Of a stretch of 64,000 nucleotides of DNA, positions 51,160-61,981 are shown piece after piece. Under the pieces are notes generated by a model. The model saw only the letters and a list, made by a program, of their open reading frames with translations. It was not told the DNA's origin and ran no database searches. The first letter of the stretch is position 1. Each line of letters begins with the position of its first letter. The translations under genes were made by a program, and so were the position numbers. This DNA is from a virus (lineage: Duplodnaviria > Caudoviricetes): positions 27,076 to 91,075 of the IMG/VR virus record IMGVR_UViG_3300037067_009374; one strand, 5' to 3'.

Positions 51160-52711
51160 AGGTGAGAAAAAGAGTGAATATATGTCCCGTTGTATTAAGC
51201 AAGTAGAAGGTGAAGGTAAAACCCATGATCAAGCTGTTGGAAAATGTGAGGGAATGTGGGCAGATAAGAAGAAAGTAGAAGGTTCTGGGAGTATTCTACT
51301 TGATACTTTTCAGAATACCCCTTGTGCTATAGTCCCTGAAAAGCTTGAAGAAATCAATGCATTTTTGCTTGATCGCCTTGCTTCCGCTCAATTGTCTGAT
51401 CTTGAAGCATATAGAGAAGGCAGAAGTGGGAACAGAGCTTCAGAACATTACAGATTGGAAGATGGAATAGCTCATATCCCTATTTATGGGGTTATGAGTA
51501 AAAGAATGAATATGATGACAGAATTTAGTGGGGGTACTTCTACCCAAGTTCTTAGGGGCCATATCCAAGCAGCGATAGAAGATCCTCAAGTTAAAGGTAT
51601 CTTTCTTGATGTTGACTCACCTGGAGGAGCAGTTGAAGGAACGAAAGAACTTGCAGACTTTATAAAAGCAGCAAGAGAAATTAAGCCAATAGTTGCTTTT
51701 ACAGATGGGTTAATGGCAAGCGCAGCTTATTGGGTCAGTTCTGCTGCATCTGAGATATTTGGCACAGATTTGTCTCAAGCAGGATCAATTGGTGTTGCTG
51801 CTGTTCATAATGATTTTTCTGAGCACCAAAAACAGATGGGGGTGAAGAAGACAAACATTTATGCTGGGAAATATAAAAGAATAGCAAACCAAGATGAACC
51901 ATTGACTGCTGAAGGTAAATCATACATTCAGGAGATGGTTGATGCTTATTACAAGATTTTTGTTGATGATGTAGCTTCAAATCGTGGGGTTTCGTCTGAG
52001 GATACAATGAAAATGGCGGAAGGAAAAGTTTTCATTGGTACTCAAGCGAAAAATGTAGGATTGATTGATCATGTTGGTGAGAGAGAAGCAGCAATTAATA
52101 GACTGCAAGAACTGGTCCAGTTAAAGAAAAAAGGTAAAGGACAAGCAATTGCAGAAGCAGAACTTAATACTGAACAAACAGAAGGAGGTAATATTACTAT
52201 GGATTTGAAAGAACTTAAGGAAAAACATCCCGAACTTGTAAAACAGCTTCAGGAAGAGGCACAAGCTTCTGTAAATGTTCAGATTCAGGATCTGAGCAAT
52301 CGCTTGAATGCTGTAGAGCAAGAGAGTAAAACACTCAAGACAGAGAACATTAAGTTGAAGGAACAGGATATCCTTCGTTCGGAAAGAGAACTCTCAGCAA
52401 GTATTGAGTCTATTTGGTCAAAGAAACTTAATTCGAGCAAGATTCCTTCCCGCAGACATGAAGACCTGAAAAAAGTTGTGAATTCCGACGAATTTGTAAA
52501 AGAAGGTGTTCTTGATGTAACTGGTTTCTCAACTGCTATTGATGCAAAAATCAAAGATTGGGAATCAAGTTTTACACAACCTTCAGTTCTTGGATTTGGA
52601 ACAAGTTCGAAAGAGGTAGATAGTATCGAAGGTGGTTCCGATGATCAAGATCGTGATCTGACTGCTGAGGAAGATGCTATTGTCAAAAGAAATTTGAAAA
52701 TTGCAAAGTAA
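51134..52711 (+). CDS. S49 (SppA-like) prohead protease with scaffold tail
   Basis: DVDSPGG, MASAAYW, GSIGV, AGKYK, GLID; coiled-coil C-terminus with a possible internal start MDLKELK. Confidence 0.92.
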   Translation: MRTMPTPNKGEKKSEYMSRCIKQVEGEGKTHDQAVGKCEGMWADKKKVEGSGSILLDTFQNTPCAIVPEKLEEINAFLLDRLASAQLSDLEAYREGRSGNRASEHYRLEDGIAHIPIYGVMSKRMNMMTEFSGGTSTQVLRGHIQAAIEDPQVKGIFLDVDSPGGAVEGTKELADFIKAAREIKPIVAFTDGLMASAAYWVSSAASEIFGTDLSQAGSIGVAAVHNDFSEHQKQMGVKKTNIYAGKYKRIANQDEPLTAEGKSYIQEMVDAYYKIFVDDVASNRGVSSEDTMKMAEGKVFIGTQAKNVGLIDHVGEREAAINRLQELVQLKKKGKGQAIAEAELNTEQTEGGNITMDLKELKEKHPELVKQLQEEAQASVNVQIQDLSNRLNAVEQESKTLKTENIKLKEQDILRSERELSASIESIWSKKLNSSKIPSRRHEDLKKVVNSDEFVKEGVLDVTGFSTAIDAKIKDWESSFTQPSVLGFGTSSKEVDSIEGGSDDQDRDLTAEEDAIVKRNLKIAK

Positions 52712-52736
52712 TTTGTAGAAAGAGAGGTGATACGTT

Positions 52737-53438
52737 ATGGCAGGTTCGTTGGTAACACATCAGGGTGATACCCCTTATATGTTTACCCAGGAAGGTCAGG
52801 ATTACAAAAGACTTTACAGGAGTAAGCGAGAACTTGCGCTTACTCTTGAAATGTCGCTGATCCCAGGGTATGGTGTAGTTCCTCAAGGTGCTGCTCTTGG
52901 AAAAATTGTTGCTGGTGATAGAGCAGGTTATTGGGCTCCTTATAGCCCAAATCCGAATGAATCAGCAGGTGATCCTGTAAGTTGGGATGGTGCAAGAGCT
53001 TATCTGACAGAAGATTCTGGTACAGGTCAGACTGTTTATGTGATTCTTGATGATTCTTATAAATTTGCAGTAGATGATGTAATAGCAGTTAATTCTGATG
53101 GTGGTACTCCTTATCAACTCACAATTTCTGCTATTGATCGCACCACTTATAAGAACAAAGCAGCTATCACATTTACAGGTACCATTTCTGTGAGCCACAC
53201 TACTGCAAACAATGCTCATATTGCTATTGATACTGAGAATGCTAACACCTACAGCAAGTGTCAAGCGATTCTTGAGTATGCAGTAGATACAGGTGTTGGT
53301 GTCAATGCAAAAGGTGGTCTTGGTGTAAGAATTGTCACCAATGCGATTCTTTTTCAAGGACTGCTTGAAAATGTTGATGATGCTGCTGTAACTGACCTCG
53401 GTGCGACTGAAGATGGTCAATATCTGATCTTGAAGTAA
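52737..53438 (+). CDS. Head decoration protein
   Basis: Between protease and capsid; GAALGKI motif; contains a beta-rich insert. Confidence 0.7.
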   Translation: MAGSLVTHQGDTPYMFTQEGQDYKRLYRSKRELALTLEMSLIPGYGVVPQGAALGKIVAGDRAGYWAPYSPNPNESAGDPVSWDGARAYLTEDSGTGQTVYVILDDSYKFAVDDVIAVNSDGGTPYQLTISAIDRTTYKNKAAITFTGTISVSHTTANNAHIAIDTENANTYSKCQAILEYAVDTGVGVNAKGGLGVRIVTNAILFQGLLENVDDAAVTDLGATEDGQYLILK

Positions 53439-53460
53439 AGAAGGGAGGAGGTGAAAAGAT

Positions 53461-54696
53461 ATGCCTAAAGGCGCTTCTGATATTCCTGATCTGAGACTTG
53501 TGGTGCTCAAAAAGACTATTGAAAGCTACATGACACCACCGAATTTGCATTTTATGAATGCATTCCCTAGTGAGGATAATGAATCTGATTCTATTGAGTG
53601 GGAAAGCATAACTGGTACTCGTGGTCTTACCCCGTTTGCTGCTCCTGGATCACCTGCAAAAGAAACTTCTCTTACAGGTCATGGGGCAGGACGGGCGATG
53701 GCTGCGTACTGGAAAGAAAAACTTTTCTTTGATGAAGCATTTTTGAATAATCTTCGTCAAGTGGGCACACGGCAAGTTTACATGCCTGCTGCACGAAAGA
53801 TTGCTCAAGAAACAAAAAACCTTCGTAACAGGGCAGATCGCAGAAAAGAATGGATGTTCTGCCAGATGATTACTGAAGGTAGTTTTAGCTATGTAGGTCG
53901 TGGGGAAGTTAAAGTATCTGTGGATTATGGTGTTCCTGCTGCACATCTTGTAACTCTTGCTACAGATCGTAAATGGGATAGTGGTGTTAACAGAGATATA
54001 GTGGATGACATTGCAGATGCAAGACTTTATCTCCAGAACAAAGCTGCTGCGAAAGTCACCCATGCTGTTTTCACTTCTGAAATCCTTAAACTTTTGCAGC
54101 AAGATAAAAGTCTCCTTCAAATCATGGCAAATTCAGGATTTGCGGGACAACCTGGAATCAATGCGTTTTTGACCAATCCACTCCCTGCTCTTTCAAATCT
54201 CTTTCAAATACCGAACATGATGGTATATGATGAGATGTACGAAATCAGGGCTTATCTGACTGCAGGAGTTACTGGTGGTTCCACTGTGACTATTTATGTG
54301 GACAACACTGATGACTTTGTAGTTGGTGCTGAACTCACTTTTCATGATGTTTCTGCAAATACTTCAGAAGATTCCACTATTTCTGCTGTATCTCCCGAGA
54401 ATGGTACAGTAACCGTTGATACTGCACCTGTGTCAACATACAAGAAGAGTGAAGACTATGTTTCAATGACCAGAAAGTTCATCTCTGAAGATAAGTTCTC
54501 AATGTATTGTGAACGAATTGAAGGTGATCTTATTGCTGGTTATTACCAGGCTCCTTTTGGTCTTGCTCGTTCATATGGGCTTAAAGTTAGTTCGTGGGAT
54601 GTGAATGATCCTGAAGGTAGATATGTTATGACAGAGAACAAGGGACTCCCTGTTCTTTACCGTCCCAAGGGAATTTACACCCTGACAGTGAAATAA
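53461..54696 (+). CDS. Major capsid protein (lambda gpE-like) with inserted domain
   Basis: PF.APG, RRKEWM..Q, VDYGVP..H, DP.G...GLPV. Confidence 0.88.
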   Translation: MPKGASDIPDLRLVVLKKTIESYMTPPNLHFMNAFPSEDNESDSIEWESITGTRGLTPFAAPGSPAKETSLTGHGAGRAMAAYWKEKLFFDEAFLNNLRQVGTRQVYMPAARKIAQETKNLRNRADRRKEWMFCQMITEGSFSYVGRGEVKVSVDYGVPAAHLVTLATDRKWDSGVNRDIVDDIADARLYLQNKAAAKVTHAVFTSEILKLLQQDKSLLQIMANSGFAGQPGINAFLTNPLPALSNLFQIPNMMVYDEMYEIRAYLTAGVTGGSTVTIYVDNTDDFVVGAELTFHDVSANTSEDSTISAVSPENGTVTVDTAPVSTYKKSEDYVSMTRKFISEDKFSMYCERIEGDLIAGYYQAPFGLARSYGLKVSSWDVNDPEGRYVMTENKGLPVLYRPKGIYTLTVK

Positions 54697-54709
54697 GGGG
54701 GAGGAATCA

Positions 54710-55195
54710 ATGCCTAATCAAAGAAGACCGTATTTTCCATTGCCGGTCAACTTCCCCCAACAAGTAGCTAATGAGGTATTTCCCCCGTTTGTGGGTACTA
54801 TCTCAGGTGAAGTGGCTGTTACTCATAGAGGGATGCCTCTAGGAGTAGCACGTTTTTCAGGCAAAGTGGTTGATGTTTACATGTCAGCACTTGGTTGTGG
54901 GAAACGAGACACCACTGCATATATAAGTGGGGAAGTTGATGTAAAGATCAATGGTACAAGTTGTTTGACAACTACTCCTAGAATTGGTGCAATTTCAGGT
55001 GAATTGTCAGCACAGAAAACGACTTTTGCAAGTGCTGCTGATACTGCTGTAAGAGCTGGTGTTGTTGATCATACTGCAAATTCGTTTAATGAAGGTGATG
55101 TATTCACTTGGGATTTTGTCTACAATGGAGAAACTTCTCCTGCTACTAAGATGAACAATGTTTGCATCATAGTAGAAGTAGAACCTACTAATTAA
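54710..55195 (+). CDS. Probable virion structural protein
   Basis: Beta-rich, directly after the capsid gene, strong SD. Confidence 0.5.
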   Translation: MPNQRRPYFPLPVNFPQQVANEVFPPFVGTISGEVAVTHRGMPLGVARFSGKVVDVYMSALGCGKRDTTAYISGEVDVKINGTSCLTTTPRIGAISGELSAQKTTFASAADTAVRAGVVDHTANSFNEGDVFTWDFVYNGETSPATKMNNVCIIVEVEPTN

Positions 55196-55470
55196 CCAAG
55201 AAAGGAATCGACTATGGAACGTAGAGAAATAGTCGAAGTAAGGTTGCTTAAAGCGTTAAAAACTGGTAAAGGAAAGATTTTAATTCCTGGGATTTATACT
55301 TGTCCAATACCAGTTGATCTTATTCATGAAGTTTCTCAGAATAGGGGCATGGTGGAAGTGAGATATAAGCAAATCACCATGCCCCAAGAACAAACTCAAC
55401 CAGAGACAAAAGAAATAGAGATTCCCAAAGAAATAAAACCTGATGAATCTGTTCTTCGGAGACGGAAAAA

Positions 55471-55929
55471 ATGACTAGCGGTGAGCTAATCACAAGAATC
55501 CAACAAGAACTAAAAGGATTATCTTCTAAGTTTGAAGCAGTAGATTTTACCAATGCTGTTTCAGATGCAGTAGCGGAGACTGGTTGGGCTTTTCCTGTTG
55601 TTGAAACAGATAATGGTTACAAAGTTAAGTGGTTGAAGCAAAGGACAATACGGAATTTGTACTTTATGCTTCGCTCTGAAAGTGCCCACAAGTTCAAAGT
55701 TGAAGGAATCAATCTTCAACATCGTTTTGATCATTATCAAAAATTGATTGAATCTATGGATGAAGAGTGGATTTCCGAAGTTGAACATATGATGCCAGAT
55801 GATGTTTCAGGAATTGCAGGTGTTAAGATTGATGCAGGTTTTGTTTATGAGAAACATACAGGTAGAGATTTAACCTATAGCGAAACTTATCAGAATACAA
55901 CGATTGTCACTCCTTCTGTAGAGGATTAA
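55471..55929 (+). CDS. Probable head-tail adaptor
   Basis: Position, size and helical pattern. Confidence 0.5.
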   Translation: MTSGELITRIQQELKGLSSKFEAVDFTNAVSDAVAETGWAFPVVETDNGYKVKWLKQRTIRNLYFMLRSESAHKFKVEGINLQHRFDHYQKLIESMDEEWISEVEHMMPDDVSGIAGVKIDAGFVYEKHTGRDLTYSETYQNTTIVTPSVED

Positions 55930-55933
55930 TATA

Positions 55934-56560
55934 GTGTCAGTTGGACCTGATATAAAAGAAGTTTTATCTGAAATCGGGTCACCTTTTACTATTATTCGAG
56001 AATCTACAATTTCGGGAGAATATCTTAGACATAAACCAAATAAGCAAGCAATAAAACCTTTCGTTCTTGAGTACTTTCTTGAAACAGAAATAGCTTATGA
56101 TTCAGCGGTTTTACCTGGTGATATAATAAATATTACTTCCCTCAACGCTGATTTTCTTGTCATACATAAACAAGGGAGTGATTTAGAAGGGGAAATATAT
56201 AAGTATGATTGTATTTTGTACAAGTCAAATGTTTCTGGAGAATTACAAAGACCCACAGTAACAGAAATGTCAGGTGAAACTTATTCTCAAACGTATCAAG
56301 AAGTAACTACATGGAATACAATAAAGAGTAGTGCTTATGGTTTATTGACAGAATCGTTATTTGGTAATGAATTAAATGAACAGGACTTCGCTCAATTAAG
56401 TCTCGTAAGAGATGAATTGTATTTGCCAAGCAGTTACGGAATCCAAGTAAATGATAGATATTCTCCCAAAAGCGGAGAATATCTAAAAGTAACTTCTGTA
56501 AAAAGGAGAACATATAGTAGGGTAGATGTCGTAACTGTAGAAGAAGATACTAGACAGTAA
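55934..56560 (+). CDS. Probable head-closure / neck protein
   Basis: Position after the adaptor; beta-rich. Confidence 0.45.
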   Translation: MSVGPDIKEVLSEIGSPFTIIRESTISGEYLRHKPNKQAIKPFVLEYFLETEIAYDSAVLPGDIINITSLNADFLVIHKQGSDLEGEIYKYDCILYKSNVSGELQRPTVTEMSGETYSQTYQEVTTWNTIKSSAYGLLTESLFGNELNEQDFAQLSLVRDELYLPSSYGIQVNDRYSPKSGEYLKVTSVKRRTYSRVDVVTVEEDTRQ

Positions 56561-56603
56561 TTTAATCGCCTTTTGGTGAAATTTATACGTTGGAGGAAGT
56601 CCA

Positions 56604-58694
56604 ATGAAAAAAGTTCTTTTAGTTGGTGACCATCCTTACGCATTCACAGGTAATGGGAACATGATGCGTTCCCTTCTTGGTGAAATTGATTATTCCAGAT
56701 TTGAAGTTACTTGTTTCGGTGTTTCAATTCCCTCAAATGCTCATTACATAAACTCCATAACCCCTGTAAATCTGCCTTATAAACTAATTCCATATACTGC
56801 TTTCAATGATGAACTTTATGGCGGAACTCAAATACTGGAATTGATTTATAATTTTAAATACGATGCAATGGTTATTGTGGGATTAGACATTTGGAGATAT
56901 GGTTATATATTTTCCAGATTAAATGATTATAAGAAAAGACATGATATCCGTTTTTCGGGTATTTTCCCATATGATCTTCCTATGTTGAGATTAGACTGGG
57001 TAGATTGGTTTAATTTTTTTGATATTCCTTGTGTCTACAGTGAATATGGATATAATCTCTTAAAAGACAAAGTATCAAAACTTCAGTATTTTCGTCCCCG
57101 CCTTGCTGATTGCGATCTTTATAAACCTTTATCCCCTGAAGAAAAACTTAAAGCAAAATTTGAATTACAAGGAGGAGAAGAAAACCCTGATTTATTTATT
57201 TTTGGATTTGTTGGAAAGAATCAAGTAAGAAAAGATCCAATAAGATTGCTTAAGGCTTTTGGAGAAATTGTATCACCACAGAAGCCAGAAGCTTATTTAT
57301 ATATGCACACAGATATAAATGGTGTTTTCAATGTTCAATCATTAGTACAAGATTATCAAATTAGAACAGGCACTATTTCTGCTAAAAAGCAAGGTCCAGC
57401 TTTAAATGAAGAGACCATGGCAAAGATTTATAATGGAATTGATTGTTTAGTAAATTGTTCCCTTCAAGAAGGTTTGAGTTGGACAGTATTAAATGCAATG
57501 TTATGCGGAACTCCTATAATAGCTACTGATACAACTGCACAATCAGAACTTGTTAAAGGTGTTGGTAAACTTGTGCCTTGTACAGAACTTTCTTATATTT
57601 CTACAATGACAGCATTTGGTCAAGCTTATATAGAAGCTTTTGCTTGTTCTTATAAGGATTTATCTCAAGCAATGATTGAAATGCTTGAAATGTCAAAGGA
57701 AGAACGATACGAGATTGGAGTAAAGGGAATAGAAAAAGCTCAAGATTGGTTAGATGGATGTTCAAGTATAAATGCTTTACTTGAAAATCTAACTCCTACT
57801 AAAATATCTTCCAGTAAAAATATAAAGAAAAAGGGTGTATTGTTTGTGCAACACAGTAGTGCTGGTGATGTTCTTATGAGCACCCAGTGTTTTAAAGAGA
57901 TCAAAGAAAGACATAAAGACACTCCTCTTATTTATATGACACAAAGAATCTTCTCTGATATTGTTGAAGGTAATCCATATATTGATGAAATAATAGGCTG
58001 GGATGATACAGCATTAAAGGAATATGAAGTGATATATAATCCACATGGAGAAAAGATTCTCCCTGGTGGTTGGAACAATCTTGATATTACTCTTCATAGC
58101 CTTTACCCCTATTTTTGCAAAGTTGAAGGTGATGATATTTACATTGATTTGAAAGAACCTGATATTGAAATAGTAAATAATGTGTTGGGGGGCAAACTAA
58201 TACGAGATCGAGATATTTGTGTTGTTCATACAACAGGTGGTCAACCACAATATCGAATGTATAAACATCTTGATATAGCTTTGAAAGGTCTTGATTTATT
58301 TGTTATTCAAGTAGGTGGGGGTAATGACTGGCCAGTTCGTTGTGCTGATCTTGATCTTCGTGGTAAACTTACTTGGAGAGAAACAGCTTGGGTAATGTCA
58401 CAAGCAGGTATTGCTATATGTGTAGATAGTTTTCCGATGCATTTAGCCGGAGCTTTAGGAATAAACACAGTGGGAATATTTGGACCTGCACCTGCTAGAG
58501 TAACACAACCCAAAATGCAACATGGGGCAAAATCTATTCTTCTTGAATCAAACAAATTGGATGTGTGTCCAATTACTTCAAACTGTTGGGGTCAGCCAGG
58601 AAAGCAAGTTTGTGCAACACCTTGTATAAATACAATACATCCTGCTAAAGTAAAAAAAGCAATTAAATCTCTTATGGAGAATAAATCATGTTAA
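56604..58694 (+). CDS. Bifunctional GT4-like + GT9-like glycosyltransferase
   Basis: VGKNQ.RK, SLQEGLS...AMLCGTPII (GT4); SAGDVLM, DSFPMHLAGALG...GIFGP (GT9). Confidence 0.88.
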   Translation: MKKVLLVGDHPYAFTGNGNMMRSLLGEIDYSRFEVTCFGVSIPSNAHYINSITPVNLPYKLIPYTAFNDELYGGTQILELIYNFKYDAMVIVGLDIWRYGYIFSRLNDYKKRHDIRFSGIFPYDLPMLRLDWVDWFNFFDIPCVYSEYGYNLLKDKVSKLQYFRPRLADCDLYKPLSPEEKLKAKFELQGGEENPDLFIFGFVGKNQVRKDPIRLLKAFGEIVSPQKPEAYLYMHTDINGVFNVQSLVQDYQIRTGTISAKKQGPALNEETMAKIYNGIDCLVNCSLQEGLSWTVLNAMLCGTPIIATDTTAQSELVKGVGKLVPCTELSYISTMTAFGQAYIEAFACSYKDLSQAMIEMLEMSKEERYEIGVKGIEKAQDWLDGCSSINALLENLTPTKISSSKNIKKKGVLFVQHSSAGDVLMSTQCFKEIKERHKDTPLIYMTQRIFSDIVEGNPYIDEIIGWDDTALKEYEVIYNPHGEKILPGGWNNLDITLHSLYPYFCKVEGDDIYIDLKEPDIEIVNNVLGGKLIRDRDICVVHTTGGQPQYRMYKHLDIALKGLDLFVIQVGGGNDWPVRCADLDLRGKLTWRETAWVMSQAGIAICVDSFPMHLAGALGINTVGIFGPAPARVTQPKMQHGAKSILLESNKLDVCPITSNCWGQPGKQVCATPCINTIHPAKVKKAIKSLMENKSC

Positions 58695-59422
58695 TTCTTA
58701 TGAAGGGACTTAATGAAGAAAGATATGTGCAAAGATGTATTAAGGATTTTCATGATGAAGAGTGGGTAGATAGAGTAATTGTTATTGATGGGGGATCAAC
58801 TGATTATACTGTTCAAGAATTGAAGCAATTTTCAAAGATAGAAGTGTATCAGCACGCTTGGATTGATAGTTTCCATGACATGGAAGTATCACAATCGAAT
58901 ATTGCTTTATCTTACATTCCACATCAGCAAATAGCTATGATCCTTGATTTTGATGAAAGAATGTCACCAGAATTAAAACAGATATTATCTGACATAGATA
59001 AGGGATTGTATCCTTTTGTAACTGATACAATTCATTTTTCTAGGCGTACTATTGAACCTCTTCGTTATGAAGGAACACCTTTTGCAATGATTGGTGATGA
59101 TAGCTGGCCAATTGAATCACATCAAATTGGTCAGTATCCTGATTTTCAATGTAGATTAATAAGGAAGAATTATGAATTAAGATGGGTTAATTCCCCTCAT
59201 CATATTATGATTGGTTCAAAATCTAATGAGAATATAGAAGCAGATATCCTTCATTATGAGAAAGATGATTACAGAGATAGAGAAAGAATTGAGAAAAAAT
59301 GGCTCCGTTCTCAGGTTAGAAGGAAAGAACTTGGTTTATCTTTTGATGTATTTGAAACAAACATAAAACCTGAGTTACATAAATATGCTAACAGTAAATA
59401 TTGGGAATACAATGGAAAGTAA
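58688..59422 (+). CDS. GT2 glycosyltransferase
   Basis: NEE, IDGGSTD.T, LDFDE, PD.Q.RL, HY. Confidence 0.88.
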   Translation: MLILMKGLNEERYVQRCIKDFHDEEWVDRVIVIDGGSTDYTVQELKQFSKIEVYQHAWIDSFHDMEVSQSNIALSYIPHQQIAMILDFDERMSPELKQILSDIDKGLYPFVTDTIHFSRRTIEPLRYEGTPFAMIGDDSWPIESHQIGQYPDFQCRLIRKNYELRWVNSPHHIMIGSKSNENIEADILHYEKDDYRDRERIEKKWLRSQVRRKELGLSFDVFETNIKPELHKYANSKYWEYNGK

Positions 59423-59428
59423 AATATT

Positions 59429-59788
59429 ATGACTGATCGGCGTAGGGTGTGGCTAGAAAAATGGGGGTTAGTTACAGCAATAACAACCATAATATCAGTT
59501 GCTTTGATGGGGATAGCGCAACTTGTAGTAATCTCCAAATGGACAGGTGCCCAAGAGATTAAAACACAAGTTGCATGTGATAGGGTTACGGTAATTGAGC
59601 AACATGTATCATCATTCCCTAATCAATATTATACCAAAAATGAAGCACAGATTCGTTGGGACCAACATATGCGCAAAGAGTCGGAAGAGAGATCGGAGTT
59701 AATTGCCAAGTTTAATAGTATAGATGGAAAGTTGGATGGACTTTATAATCTATTACTGGTTGGTAAGAAGAGAAATGGGAGTTTGTAA
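59429..59788 (+). CDS. Membrane protein with coiled coil (holin-like)
   Basis: N-terminal transmembrane segment. Confidence 0.4.
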   Translation: MTDRRRVWLEKWGLVTAITTIISVALMGIAQLVVISKWTGAQEIKTQVACDRVTVIEQHVSSFPNQYYTKNEAQIRWDQHMRKESEERSELIAKFNSIDGKLDGLYNLLLVGKKRNGSL

Positions 59789-59791
59789 CTA

Positions 59792-60274
59792 ATGGCAGAC
59801 TCATCGAAGAATGATAAATCTATTAGTTGCCATGTAGGCTTTACTTGTGAAAAGTACTATGATGCTAAGATATCTGCGACAAAAGAACTGTTTGAAGCAC
59901 AATTAGGTGAGATAGAACAAAAGACACGGTTAGCAAAAGAGGGAATGGAGTTAAGATTTTCTTCAGTAGTTGAGGCGTTTGATCTAAGGATACGAGAGAT
60001 AGATGCAAAAACACAATTAGCTAAAGACTCCATGGAACTTCGCATGGCTGCTGCTAATGAGATACGAGGGGCCATGAGTGATGCTTCAGCCAAGAATGTA
60101 ACAAAAGAAGAATTTAAAAGTGAACTTAAAATCATAAATGCTGAGATAAAGATATTGAGGGATTTTATGATAGGAGTGAAAGCAATGGCTACCCAGCGCA
60201 GTATGTATGCAGCTATGGTATTGGGGTGTATTGGAATTATACTTTCAGCTATTGCGATAGTGTTACACAAATAA
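59792..60274 (+). CDS. Coiled-coil protein with C-terminal membrane anchor
   Basis: C-terminal hydrophobic helix. Confidence 0.45.
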   Translation: MADSSKNDKSISCHVGFTCEKYYDAKISATKELFEAQLGEIEQKTRLAKEGMELRFSSVVEAFDLRIREIDAKTQLAKDSMELRMAAANEIRGAMSDASAKNVTKEEFKSELKIINAEIKILRDFMIGVKAMATQRSMYAAMVLGCIGIILSAIAIVLHK

Positions 60275-60313
60275 AGATGTAAAGCGATATAAACCTTAAT
60301 GAAAGGGTAAGTT

Positions 60314-60703
60314 ATGAAAAGAAAATATTTTGTTGTGTTAGTAATGTCGTTGATGTTGATTGGTTGTGCCAATACAGGTACAACTACTACATCAGGTGCG
60401 GATGCAGATTTTATTACTAACAGTTATAACGCTTTGTTTATTGCAGGACAATCGTATGATAAAGGAATGACTGCTATTGGTACTATGTACAAAGCAGGCC
60501 AGTTTTCAGAAGAAAATAAAGCAAAAGCAGTTGCTATTGCAACAGTTTACAAAGCAAAATATGAGGAAGCTATAGATTCACTTGTTTTATACTCTAAAAC
60601 TCCGACTGCTGCGAATAAACTTGCAACACAGATAAAAATTGGGGAAGCTACAGCACAGGTAGCAGCTATTACTGCTTTGCAAATTCTTAATACAACGAAG
60701 TAG
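60314..60703 (+). CDS. Lipoprotein
   Basis: Signal peptide with lipobox LIG-C. Confidence 0.7.
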   Translation: MKRKYFVVLVMSLMLIGCANTGTTTTSGADADFITNSYNALFIAGQSYDKGMTAIGTMYKAGQFSEENKAKAVAIATVYKAKYEEAIDSLVLYSKTPTAANKLATQIKIGEATAQVAAITALQILNTTK

Positions 60704-60712
60704 GAGGATTTT

Positions 60713-60880
60713 ATGGAAACATTGATTCCTGTATTGATTCAGTTAGCAGCAACGCAAGGTGTGCCTCTTGTAATCAGTTTGATTGATCTGATTATTAAGA
60801 AGGATATGACTTTTACCGCTGAACAAATTGCAGAATTGAAAGCACTTGTAGCAAAGGACCCAGAAAGTTATTTCAAGTAA
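60713..60880 (+). CDS. Small hydrophobic protein (55 aa)
   Basis: AGGAGG SD; METLIPVLIQLAATQGVPLV...; below the track cutoff. Confidence 0.6.
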   Translation: METLIPVLIQLAATQGVPLVISLIDLIIKKDMTFTAEQIAELKALVAKDPESYFK

Positions 60881-60890
60881 AGGGGATTTT

Positions 60891-61268
60891 ATGGGTTGGT
60901 TTGGTGATTTCCTCAAAATGTTTTATGTTTACAAGGTAGGAGAGTCTGCTGGACGAAAACCGTGGGAAGATAAGACTCTCCTAACAGCTCTTGTATCTTT
61001 TCTTGCTACCATCGTAGCAAAGTATTGGGAATTAGATTTATCTGCTGACGAACAAGCTGGTATTGTTGTGATGTTTACAATCATTGCAAGGTTGTTATCC
61101 CCTCATGTTGGAATCCGTCCCCAGACAACTTTAGAAGTTGTTGAAGGTGTGCCATCTGTAACTGTGTCTGATCCCCAAGTTGGATCGGATGCATCTATAG
61201 AAGCTAAAGCACAACAGGCTGATGAACTTATAAAAAACACGATGGGAAGACAGGATGCAGGACAATGA
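60891..61268 (+). CDS. Two-TM holin-like protein
   Basis: KPWEDKT followed by two hydrophobic helices. Confidence 0.5.
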   Translation: MGWFGDFLKMFYVYKVGESAGRKPWEDKTLLTALVSFLATIVAKYWELDLSADEQAGIVVMFTIIARLLSPHVGIRPQTTLEVVEGVPSVTVSDPQVGSDASIEAKAQQADELIKNTMGRQDAGQ

Positions 61269-61981
61269 TAGATGTTCTTGAGTTGTTGAAAGTGGTGCAG
61301 AAGACACCTGGTGCAATATCAATGACAGAAGCATTTGGGGTATTTGATACCATAATGAATAACCTCAAATGCTCTGTCGGTATTGCTGTAGATTTAGGTT
61401 CTAATGCAGGTAAGTCTTCTTTGGTTGGAACAGCAGCATTGTCTGCTTTGAATCGTATGGATATTTTTCATTGTGTAGACCCTGTTTATGATCTTAATAA
61501 TGAAAAAGAATGGGCAAATACGTTTCAAAAAACAGCAGATAATATGCCTTGGGGAATATGCAGAGAAAAGAATTTTAAGAAGGATCTTTTGAAAAAGTTG
61601 AAAAGTGTTTCTTCGTTGCGTCACACGTTGTATGGAGAAACTTCTTTAACTTATTTAAAGGAATTCCGTTCTTTCAGTTATGTGTTTCTTGATTCAGATG
61701 ACCATCAATTGGAACTTATTATGCAAGAAGTAAAGATGCTGATGGAACAAGTTATGGTTGGTGGTCTTCTTATCTTTCATGATTTTATGGGTAACTATGT
61801 TGCTCCTGGAATAGCATATGAGTATTTAGTTGATTCCGGATACTATGAGCCTGTTCATATTAACTGGGATAAAGCAATTGAGTTTGTGAACAAATATAAC
61901 TTGGAAGAGGACAATGATTCTTGGCATTTTAAACACCTAGAGAACCCAAACTTTGTTGGTTGTTTAAAGAGGATAAAATGA
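61265..61981 (+). CDS. Class I SAM-dependent methyltransferase (Methyltransf_24-like)
   Basis: VDLGSNAGKSS, FLDSDDH, GGLLIFHD. Confidence 0.8.
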   Translation: MIDVLELLKVVQKTPGAISMTEAFGVFDTIMNNLKCSVGIAVDLGSNAGKSSLVGTAALSALNRMDIFHCVDPVYDLNNEKEWANTFQKTADNMPWGICREKNFKKDLLKKLKSVSSLRHTLYGETSLTYLKEFRSFSYVFLDSDDHQLELIMQEVKMLMEQVMVGGLLIFHDFMGNYVAPGIAYEYLVDSGYYEPVHINWDKAIEFVNKYNLEEDNDSWHFKHLENPNFVGCLKRIK

